From assembly GCF_963676685.1 (NCBI RefSeq), contig NC_092347.1:89342001-89406000 (forward strand): a stretch of DNA of 64,000 nt. Reading direction: 5' to 3'. The stretch's first letter is position 1. Every line of letters starts with the position of its first letter. The translations under genes were made by a program, and so were the position numbers. Below the pieces are notes generated by a model. That model saw only the letters and a list, made by a program, of their open reading frames with translations. It ran no database searches and was not told the origin of the DNA. Source of the DNA: Mytilus edulis (Eukaryota). Of the stretch, positions 31,176 to 43,400 are shown one piece after another.

Positions 31176-31436
31176 TGTAATTTGTATGTATTTGTTAACC
31201 TGTGTTTTTACTTTTTTTTCGTCCCAAGTCTAGGTTAGACGCATATTTTCTTCAAACCTCAACTGCAAATAAGATTATTGTATGTTTTTCTTTTTAAGTA
31301 TTCCTTTTATTTAGATACAATATAACAACATTTTTCACTCAAAGACATTTTCTTTTTTTTTTTTTCAGATAAAATAGTTATACACAACTACATTATGTAA
31401 ATTCAGGCGATAGCAGTTTACTTAATTGAGCTGAGA

Positions 31437-31482
31437 ATGAGTGATACTTACGCTAAAATCCCACAGCCATTTCAAAATATAG
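31437..31482 (+). CDS. SH3BP2: SH3BP2-like coding exon 1 (MSDTYAKIPQPFQNI-G); the exon begins at the acceptor at 31369, so a further 5' UTR exon lies upstream
   Basis: polypyrimidine tract + CAG ending at 31368, ATG 31437, donor GTAATA. Confidence 0.88.
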
Positions 31483-34400
31483 GTAATAAAATTTTATTTA
31501 CATTTTAAAGTATAGGTAGTGGTAATAAAAATCAAAGATGATAAAGCGAAGAAAATATCTTTCAAATCAACTTTTAACATTCCAGGTTTCAGATTAATAT
31601 CGTATATGAAAGACAATTGATGAGTTGATTTAAATAACGTTTTGTTCTGAAAAAAAACTTTCATGAACATTTCACTTTTTGTTGGATTTAAATCAAGAAA
31701 TATTGTGTATTTTGTCTTGTATTATAGGTTGTCAAGACTTGTTGAAGGAAGCCATTTCAAATTGCGGTTGGGTACGAAAACAACATTTTGCCAGTAAACT
31801 TAAATTATTCAGATGTAAGTCTACAAATCAGTTGACATATTGGTAGTCATTTTTTTAGAATAAAAATGAACGCAATTTGTGCATTTTTATTTGCAAACTT
31901 GACAGTTTGTATGAAATAAAGCCATGTGGTATGAATGCCAGTGATACAACTATTCGATATAGTCTTAATGATTGTTTGCCCTCAGTCACGATAACATTTC
32001 AAATAAATAAAGAGTTAGGTTCATCTAAACAGTATCTGTTATAAGAAATTAAAGGATACAAAGTATTTCAAAATATATTCGAAAATACAACAGATCACGC
32101 TAATCGTATTAAAAACTTATTGTATGATATTTCTTTTGGGTTCATCACATTCCCATATGTGTCTACAAATTGTCGTTCCTTTATGATTTCCTTATTTAGT
32201 TTCTATGACTTTTCATCTAGTTTCTACGTTGTTTTCAACAACTGATTCCTTTACGGTTACATTTAGCTTTGATATGTTTTATAGGTACTTTCCATCTGGT
32301 TTCAGTTAGTGTGGATATTTATGATGCTGTATCTTTCTGGATTAATCTAGCTTTAAATATTCTCGTGCAGTTCCTTTCTGGATTCATTCAGCTTTCGAAT
32401 GTTTGTATGCTGTTCCTTTCTGGACTAATTTAGCTCTAAAATGTTTTTCCTTGAGTACTTTCTGGATAACTCTACATTTAGAATGTTTTGATGCCGTTCC
32501 TTTCTGGAACCTATTTATCTTTAAAATTGTTTCATGCAGTTCCTTTCTTGTTAAGTTTAGATTCTGTAGGAGTAATTCTATGTTGATTAGGTTTTTTTTA
32601 TTCATTCTGCTTGGCTAATTTTGCAAGAATAACTACATGTATATTTGTATTCACTCTAATGTGACATTCCTTCTGTGCTGTTCATTCCAGGGCCTAAAGT
32701 ATATATGATCCTGAGCAGAGGGTGTATATATTACTTTCGAAATGAATACTGCAAAACTGCTTCAGGAAAGTTTTCTTTATTTGGATTCAATACGTAAGTA
32801 CTGAGATATTTCTTAAAAGACTTGTAATGAAGCATATCAAACTGAAAGTCTGTATCACCAATATCGACAGAAATTTATGATTTAACTTACACAAATTTTA
32901 TTATTATTAAATGGCATTCGAACAAAATAACGTAAAATTTATGGTAATACATATTTAAAAGAAATTATCAATTTATAATAATATTGTCTATTCGCCTTTG
33001 ACTAACGACAGCACATTTATTCTTTGTAATAAAGAAAAGAAATAAATTGAATAATTGTGGTATCTCTGATAAATTTTTCAAATTACAATTCTGTACACGA
33101 TGGTCTTAAAGTATAGATTCTGGGTACTGACATTGTTTATCATCTTAATAACGTCTTATAGTATTCTTTTATTTGTTTTTATGAATATAATTTTCACTCT
33201 TTATTCTGTTTTTGGTGATATCCATTTGACGTGGCTTTGTACTTATGGATACCGTCATTGTTTTATTGTGCTATGGTAAATTTTTGTATTGTTGTCTTTC
33301 ATTTTTGATTATGTAATGTGGGTATATGCCTTTTGTGTTTCTATTACGTGTTTTTTTTTATAGTGATTAAGACTATAACACAATGTTGACTGCTGTATTC
33401 CTTTTTTGGAATTTTTACCTATTATGTTTGTTTGTTTTGTTCACACATCGTTGTCTATATATTGAATTTATGCGACTGTCATAAAAAATAAAGGTTTACC
33501 TAGCTGTAAAACCGGGTTTTATTCACCCATATCACCATATTCTACATAAGAAAATGCCTGTACTCGGTCAGGAATATAACAGTTGTTATCCATTCGTTTG
33601 ATGTGTTTGAGCTTTTGATTTTTGCCATTTCTCTACGGACTTTTCGTGTTGAATTTTCCTCGGAGCTCGGTATTTTTGTTATTTTACTCTTTACACACTA
33701 TGAAATATCAATTAAAAAGGCATAACTCTAACAAAAAGGAATATTACTGTAAATGTATTGTTTGTGTGAAGTACAACTAGTTAGAAAAAAACAAATTGAG
33801 TCTTACCCTGGGCAAAGACGTAGACCATGATTTTTGTTTTTCGATGCTCAACTTCGTGATTGATTTTTTTCCAACTGTTTTTGATTTGTATGTGATTAAT
33901 GTGTCTTATGTAAATGAGTATTCCGCGACTTTCGAACTGAATTATAGGTCCTGTGTCTTTGTTGTTTGGATTTTTAAAAAACAAATTAGTATATAATTTC
34001 TATTTTCCAAGTTTAACTAAATTGAGCTGCAAACAAGAGATACTTACTCTAAAATTTCTCTCACATTTCAAAACATCAGCAACAAAATTGTATATATTGA
34101 CAAGTAATGGTAGTAGTTATAAAAATTGATATAGCTAAGGGGAGGGTTGGACGCTTACTCGTATGTTTAAAACCGTCAGATTATTAATGGGCGTGTTCTA
34201 AATCGCGAGCCTGTAGTGCATTGGTGATCGTAGGTTGCTGTTTGTCTTTTATACTTTTAGACAGTTGTTTTATTACTGATCAGGTCAACGATCGTTTTAT
34301 TTATTTCGCATTGATTTCAGGGTTGCAAGAGCTACAGAAGTTAGTGATGGGGAGGCAATGTATGCTTTCAAAATAAACCACACCCACCCTGAAGAGTTTA

Positions 34401-37400
34401 AATCTTACTTATTTGCCTGCTCATCGGAAAAAGAGATGAAGGTAATTATCTTATGACTTATTACTATCAGCATGTTTAGAAGAGAATAAAACAAAGCAAT
34501 CTGGTAATTTTGTTCAATTAATATACACTATAGCACAGTTGCCTTTAATTGAAGTGCAAAATCATTGACATGTGAATTCGAGTTAAACAAAATTCAAATT
34601 AATTTTATTTCCAGCAAAACTTTCAACTTAGCTAATATATTTGTACGTTAAAGTAAACAACACCACTATGGTTATTGTGAGTTGTCAAACTATGCATATT
34701 TTTTCATATGCTTTCGATGATCATTTTTTGACTTAATAGTTTTACACTTTTTAACGGTTTCAAACACTTCAAGTTATACAGAAAGGACTATATTCAATAT
34801 ATATTAATTTTCATCAACTAGTTCTGTCAAAAAAGAGGTGGAAGATACAACATGGATGATAAAAAAAACTCATAATTCGGAAGAAAAACCGACAATACTA
34901 TAGTAAAGAAAAAGAAAAAAAACATGAAAAGACCAAACATAAAGGGGCAAAAGTATACTAAAAAAATTAAAAAAATACTCTAGACTGGCGAAAACCAACT
35001 AAAAACTTAAGGGAAACTCTGAGAGTGCACCTCGTGTGGCATCCCGTCGTGTTAGTCATGAACAGATCATATTTGATAACTCGTAATTTAAGTTGCTGTT
35101 TTTATTATTTGATTTACCTTCTCTCCTCAGCGAATATTTCAAAATACTACGTTGAAAGATTACCTTTATTATATTGATGTTAATAAATTTAGAAATATTT
35201 AACCTTTGATCCAAATTAATCCGGCAAGATTTATTTTCGAAATAAAAAAGCTTTTCAGGTTTGAAATTTCTTGGAGTTCAGTATTTTTAGTTATTTTACT
35301 TTTTTTAAGAACTTATATTTGCTTTGCTTTTGAATACAAAAATGAAAAAAAAAACACTTTGTCTTGTAATGTTGTTCCCGAACTTTTTTTGAACCAACCT
35401 TTATCAGATTCAACACCTAACATTTGAAAGGCAATGATAAATCAGTGCAGAAACACATTATAAAATTGAGAATGGAAATGGGGAATATGCCAAAGAGACA
35501 ACAACCCGACCATAGAAAAAAACAACAGCAGAAGGTCACCAACAGGTCTTCAATGTAGCGAGAAATTCCCGCACCCGGAGCCGTCTTTCACCTGGCCCCT
35601 AAACAAATATATGCTAGTTCAGTGATAATGAACGCCATACTAATTTCCAAATTGTACACAAGAAACTAAAATTAAAAATAAAATATCTGTATTACAATAA
35701 GCATAAAGGATTAGAGATTTAGAAATGTTCATTAGGAAAATTATAACCAAAAACAGCAGTTCGGAAGAACCAGTTTGAAACTTGGAAATTGTACCCTAAG
35801 TGTCTTAAAGCTATATATCTTTTTTATTCTTCAGGAATGGATGAAGTGTATCAAAGAAGAATTGAAAATAGCCAACGATTCAGGCAAAAGAGATGGAGAT
35901 TATTATTATACGGACGGTTTTATGTAAGTTTTTTTTATTTACAACATGATGTATCAATGTTGTTAGATATCCTGCATTTCTCAATCATTGTCTTTAAAAA
36001 AAAAAGGTCCGTCTGCGAAAGACGACCCTACAACAAATTATTGAAATTTGTGATATGTCCTATTATAAGATATCATGGTGAAATTACTAATGTTTCTGAT
36101 ACCGGTACTTGAGGTCGATTGTCTACGTTTCTTTTCACATCATGATTTGTCTGATAGCGAATTACTACTTACAAGGAAGATACATACGGACGCATTTATG
36201 ATTTTGTCAATCCATTGTGGCAAATTATGTTCGCAGTGGAACACGGATATATTACACTTGTCGTAACCACTATTCCGGTCAGTTTTCCAAGATTGTGCCA
36301 TTACCGAATGCTTCATATCATTATATGTTACTGCAATATCAACGTGAGGGGTGTCATATGTCATATTTATTTTTGTCTTTCTGTCATTTTTATTTTTGAT
36401 CTTAGTGTTTTCCGTCTTTGATAACCAGTCTATATAATTTTTTTTCTGTTTTCATATTGTTTTCAACAGACGCGAAGCAAACAAAACTTAACAATTAGTA
36501 TCGAATTACTAATCAAGCATCACAGAAGAATCTGACCCTTTCGGACCATCTGGTTTCGGTTGGAATTGCAACAATTAAATATCACCTTCACGTTCCTATT
36601 AACCCTGTGCTTTCATAGTATTTATATTGTAGGCATAAACAAACTCCGGAAGCGCAAGGATCTTCTGCTGATAGTGGATTTGGTCCATCTGCTGATGGTG
36701 ATACAACCAGTATCTCGTACAAAGATATAGAAGAAAGTATATATGATGATCCAACGTCTTTTCAACCGCCGTCAGACTATGGCTTATATGCTAAAAAGGC
36801 GGATGAAGGTAATCCTCATTCCGAACAGATTTGATAACAAGACCACAATTTCACATATTTGTTTGATGATTTATAATGCAGATTTTTTTTATTTACACCA
36901 TGATGTTCAGTAGTTGTCGTTTGTTGATGTGTTTCATAAGTAATTTTTGTTTCTCATTTTTATATCGTGGAACCATCGATTTTCCCCGTTTGATTGGTTA
37001 TACTAGTTATGTTTTGGGCCCTTTATAGCTTGAAGTTCGGTCTGAGCCAAGGCTCCTCGTTGAAGACCATACCTATAATGGTTTTTCTTTTATAAATTGT
37101 GACTTAGGTGGAGAGTTTTCTCAATGGCACTCATAACACATCTTCGTATATCTATCTCCCAGAAGTTTGGCGTTAACAATCAAACATAAACTTTATGTTA
37201 ACGGTTTGAAGAAATTTGGTAAAACTCCGTTTTACTAAATATGTACTTAGATTTAAGCAAACAATAAAGAAATAACATTATTCAAAACATACCTTTTTTA
37301 ATTGTCCAGTTTTAGATTAATACGATATCGAGTAAAGGTTTAAATTGATTTGGGCGAAGTTAAACTTTGATATCTTTTTGTTATAATATTAGATCCTTTT

Positions 37401-40400
37401 GGTCAAAGAGTTCTTCAACTTGTTCTGTTTTTACACAACCTAGTATTTCTAGAATTTCGGATTTGGGCGTTCTGTATGAAAGTAAATACAGGAAAAAGAT
37501 TCGGGCGTATATATTTTTTTAAAGGGTCTTTTTATTAATTTATCATTTTATAATCAAATATGTTTTCATATTATACAACCTTAATAGTCAATGTACTGGT
37601 TTTACAATCTTTACCTAACCTAAAGCACCTATATGGGATAATTCATATCTTTAATCCTACTTCAATATTTATATGCTTCTTCCTCAATAAAATAATATTT
37701 TTTGATAAATAAATATGTGTTCATCCACATGCCCTATACATCAGGTTATAAAAAATCAAATGTATTCTTAGTTTGACACATTAATGATATTGAAGCTTAA
37801 TGCATAAATAAACAAAATTTCTAAGAGACAGACACAGTTTCGGGGAAAATTCCTGGTAAAGGACAGGGACATATATATATATGACAGGAATAAACTTCTA
37901 TGTACCGGTCCACTTTATCTGTGAATGAAATAAAACGGCTCAAGTTAGCATACACAATATGTAAATAAAATGCAACTATTAAATGAACTTATTATGTCTA
38001 TTTAAGCATCCGATGATGAAGATATACCTAATGAACCACCGCCTGTGCCACCAAGATTAGCGAATGCGGAACCAAACCCAAAGACTAAGAGAAAGAAGAA
38101 GAGAAAGAAGAAAAAGGAAAAGATGGATGAACTAGACCAATTACCAGGTATAGTAGTTTTTAACCTAACAAACAAAGATAAGTAAACTAAAAATAAGATA
38201 TCGGGCTATCAGAACTTCAAATTAAAAACATGTTGTTTGGTAAAAACATGGAAAAGGGAAATATTAGGGATGAACAACCATCTTTTATATTACTTAAAGT
38301 CATATGACACTTCAAATTAAGAACAAAATTATGAATAGGTTTTTTATAACTATGTGGCTAGTTGTACATATACTTTTTTTCTAAAGAAAATTCTATAATT
38401 TGTCCAAATTTTGAAAAACTTTACTTTTTTTAATTGTTTGCTTCGCCGATATGTTTTTCGTATGCAGTGAACTCAACTTGACCTTTATCGTAAAATTCTG
38501 GTGATTACAATACGACAATTTATAAGCTGCCACATTTTCACATCATAACAGACCAAGAGAAGAAAAGAATTACTATTATACGATATGGATGCGTAAAATG
38601 ATAAAATCGTGCACAGAAACTACGTTTGTGATAAATACATGCATTTGTTAAGAATTGAATAAACATTATTTTGCACCAGTCACTCGTTTCATATGACTTT
38701 AAATATAAGGAAATACTATAGAAAGCCCACTTTTTGTCTAATCTCTAAAGCTATACGAATTCGTTGTTTTATCGTTAGATTGATACATTGATAAACCTTC
38801 AAGCAGGTTTTGCATTATTATGTTTCATTCTTATTTGAAACCTTCACTAAGCTGTTGGGTGCTATGTTCATGAGGAACACCTGATATATTCCATGGTTAC
38901 TATGGGGCTCATGTTGTTTATCTTAGAATTGTGTAATATGATGTAGAATTCTGTTTATGTTTTCGTCGTTTGTCATAGTTTTTTCTGTCGGTTTTTCTTC
39001 AACATTTGAATTTAAATCGTTTATCTAGTTTCCTTTTGTTTTTAATATCACTCACCAAAACTGTGCTGAATAGTATTCAACTATTGAGATGTTTGAGAAC
39101 CTTTTTATTGCATTAATTTTTACTGAAAATAACTGAAAGTAACAAAAAAAAGTGAAAATCATGCGTTATAAATTTCAGTTGTTCGAAGCACTTTTCTCGA
39201 TTTACCTCCCTCAGAAACGCTCAAAGTCGAACCTTAAAAAGTCAAGGATTTATAAGATGAAAAAAATGGAGAGCTTTACCAAAAAGGATTTTAAAAATAG
39301 CCAAATGCGTCTAAGGTCAACTTTGCCTGAGGAAGTTGAAACCTTAGTATCATATAATTTCAAACTTATCACTGTCGGATTTACATTTTTCTTCAAACTT
39401 GCAGATATATCAAAAGTTGCAGTTTCACGCACTGAGAGTGCAGCAAAACTGCAGGCAGATGCCATCTCTGTGAGTATAATCATTATGCACGAAACGCGTT
39501 GACTGTCATCAGGTATTCTCGATAGACAGAGCTCGAGTTAGATGATGTCTAAATTTTAAAAAAAAACATCATTATAAAGAAGGACATAAATAAGAAGAAG
39601 AAAACTGACGATATATGGTCTAAAAAGAAAATGATGAAGAGAAAATGAATTGTTTAAACAACACTAAATAGACGAATAGCTGACTAAGCAACCACGAAAT
39701 AAGAAGAAGAAAACTGACGATATATGGTCTAAAAAGAAAAATGATGAAGAGAAAATAAATTGTTTAAACAACACTAAATAGACAAATAGCTGACTAAGCA
39801 ACCATGACCCAAACCCGACACCATGATTTATATTTTGGGTTGAAAGTGAACCCTACTCCAACTCGCCTGAAATGCCTGGACTTAGCAGCACAACTGCATA
39901 GTTTATTAACCAAAATGAAAGTGTATCAAATATATATTAGTGAAACAATGAAATTGGTGTAAAACATAACATCTTTTACGTATTCTTTGGGTATTCTGTT
40001 AACATCTAACCTCCTCACAATCCCCCTTAATGGTTACAATATTGACAGTATCAAGTTTAATGCACCAGAATCGTATTTCGACAATCAATGTATCTTCAGT
40101 GACTCTCGTGGCCAAAATATGTGAAAATCCATTGAATGGATGACACAAAAATGTAGATGCTTTGATGGGTAAGATATGAAAATAGAAAACGCTGGTCAGT
40201 TTTAAGTGAAAAATACAAGTGATATTTGAACTTAGTTACGTTGTATACCGATCGAAACTCTACTTTTACAAAACTTTGAAGGGACATAAGAAAGAGACAT
40301 TCTTTAAATCACCTAATGCAAAAAACATCTTTAAGTGCAGTCAAGTCTGTCTCTAACTGTAAATGGTCAACTGTTTGGCTTTTAAACTATTTTTGTCTGA

Positions 40401-43400
40401 ACGTCATTGATGAGTCTAATATAGACGAAACGAGCGTCTGACGTATTAATATATAAACCTGATACCTTTGATAACTAGTTAATATATTGAACTTGTCATT
40501 TTATTTTTTTAAATTGCAGGCAGAAATGAAGAATATGTTCGGAAAGGAGTAAGTCATTATTATACCTATTCAATTAATCTCCTGTAGCATATTGAATATT
40601 TTAACACCTTTTAGTTAAACATAAAATTTAGTCTGAATACTCAAAATAATGTTATCAGAATCATTTCAACAAATCTTTAAAGTGGGAAATTAAAATCAAA
40701 ATACAAGAGTATGGGTTATGTATATTTATTGTGTTTTTTATTGGTATTGTACTAAATTTAAGGGAAATTGTCAAAAATTGTCCAATTTTGAATAACATCA
40801 GCACGCACTTTCGAATAAAAAGAATCTAACAGATAAACGTATAACTAGAATACCAAACTTAAATATAAATTCAAAAGGTGAAAGTCCACAAAAGCAGACA
40901 AAATCAAATGTTATTGAGCAACAGAAAAAGAACCGTCATAACACGTCTTGTTTGTTGCCAATAAACATACTTAAATGACCTATGATTTGCATTCCGGAAT
41001 AAATAAAATAAACTTACAATAGCATAAATCTCAATCTTTTGTACGTTCTGTTGTAAAGTTGTTTCTGTTGCAGTCATTCTCCCTATACAATTACATTAAT
41101 AATAACTCATATTGAATATCTATTCTCCAATATGTGTGTTATCAAACAAAACCACGAGACTCGTCAATAAGTTTTGACAGTTGAAATGTCAAAAAGGTGT
41201 GATTAAGCCACTAATGTAGCATGATGTGCTTATCATTCCGGGAAACAGATATCATATCTTTTGGGTGAGCTTCGTGTTGCTTAGTCTTAAATTTGTTAGG
41301 TAGTTTGTGAACTTTTGTCCTTTTTAACCGGATTTTTAGTGACAAAAATGTCGGTTAATGAATTGGGGATGTACGGCAGGCGGGCGGGCGGGCGGGCGGT
41401 CGGGCGGGCGGGCGGCAATCAAATGTTGTCCGTGTTTAACTCATGAACCGTTCAACCAAAGCTTTTAAAATTTTAATATGTTGTTACTGACAACTAAATG
41501 AAGGTCAAGTTCAATAATGGCGATTTTGACTTTTACCGTTCAGGAGTTATGGTTCTTGAAAGATTGAAAAATGGAGTTTCCAGTCGTGTCCGTGTATTTA
41601 CGCATGAACTGTTCTACCAAAGCTTCCCTAATTTTAATATGTTGTTACTGATGACAAAATAGAGGTCAATTCCAATAATGACGATTTTGACTTTTACCGT
41701 TCAGGAGTTATGGTTCTTGAAAGATTGAAAAATGGTGTTTCCAGTCGTGTCCGTGCATTTTCTCATTAACCATTCAACCAAAGCTTTTAAAATTTTTATA
41801 TGTTGTTACTGATGACAAAATAGAGGTCAAGTTCAATAATGACGATTTTGACTTTTACCGTTCAGGAGTTATGGTTCTTGAAGGATTGTAAAATGGCGTT
41901 TCTATTCACGTTGTTGCATTTACTCATGAACCATTCAATCTAAGCTTTTCAAATTTTAATATGTTGATACTGATGACAAAATGGAGGTCAAATTTGATAT
42001 TGACGATTTTCCCTTTCACCATTCATCAGTAATGGTTCTTGTGATATTGCCAGGACACAAATAAATGTTAATAAATCCGGTTTGCTGTCGTTGTGACAGC
42101 CTCTTGTTCTGGGTTTGTGTTGCCATTTATTTCTCTTTGTTCGAGTTTGGTATGTTTCTTTGATATCTTGTGTCATTTTTAAAAAATAAATGTAGAGTTT
42201 ATAATTGGTCTAATGCCACAACTAATGAACCTTATTTTCATTGTCGATAAATATAAGTTGTATTGTACTTTTTCGTAACTTTTTTCCTTTTCTCATTAAT
42301 TTCTTAGTGTTGGTGCGAGTGAAATAGTAGAAGTGATTTTAGATAAATTTATGGATGTTTCATTTTTACTGTTAAGTTGCATGAAGGAGCGGTCAAGTGA
42401 GATGCCAAAAATATTTTTTCGAAACACGTCTTGATTTGAACTAACGACAAGGAAGTGTACGGACTGGCAACATTTATAAACTGTAAAACATTTGGTTTTT
42501 TTCTAAATAAAAGCAAGAGTAGTGTACCGATGTTCAAAATGTTAGTTAGATTTTGATTTTGTAAAAATAAAATGTGAAGAAAAGTTAAGTGAATTGTGGT
42601 TTATGACCAACTATCTTTAAACAAAACAAATTGTATTTAAACAGAAAACAAAAAAGCACAGAATCTGAACCCTCCTCGACGACGAGTCGAAACAAGAAAC
42701 AGCCGAGTGTAGAACCACCGGAAGTTGAGGATGTTGATGAGGTAATTTTATGTTGTTTATTTACGTGATTAACTTTGGTTACATGAGCTATTTATGCAAT
42801 CAAATATTTTGACTAAGTCAATTTATGAACAATAAGTGTAAAAGCTTCGTTTGTAGCAATTGTAGGAGATATAGAGCAGAATAATTTTTCAGTTATTGAG
42901 TATTCAGTTATGTATTATACAAATTGTGCTCCAATATGATATTCTGCAATATTTCGGACTTAATTAAATGTTTGGCTTTGGTTGTTAACACTACAAGTTT
43001 TGTTGTTTCTAACTTGGGTTGTCTGTATTTAAAGGGCTCAGATAGGTTAATTTCCCACAGTATCATATGGACACATATTTTCGGTTACTTTTAATTTAGT
43101 ATAACTTGATATCAACAGGTCAACTGATTGCAAATAAAACACACTTGTCCGTTATCAAGCAGTTTTATTTGTTGAAAAGATATATCGCAGCCGATGTCGG
43201 CTAGGTAGTTTTACTGCATATTGTAAACTCTTCTTAAATAAATTCTTGTTTAGAATCTTTAAGAAAATCGTTAGGTATTATCCAATGAAAATGGAAGAAG
43301 TGAGCAAAGCAGACCGATACTAAATGTGAAAAAATATCGAAGTGAAATAAAGGTTAGCTTTAACAAGGTCTACTTCAAATCTGGGTTTATTACTGAATAT

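Noticed and set aside
36470-36491. Alternative acceptor (tttcaacag) for SH3BP2-like exon 6
   Set aside because: In-frame TAA after 7 codons; the 36633 acceptor gives an open frame
39152-39502. 116-aa ORF as a standalone gene or long exon
   Set aside because: Only 39405-39469 has compatible splice sites and phase; the acceptor at 39178 hits a stop in the required phase
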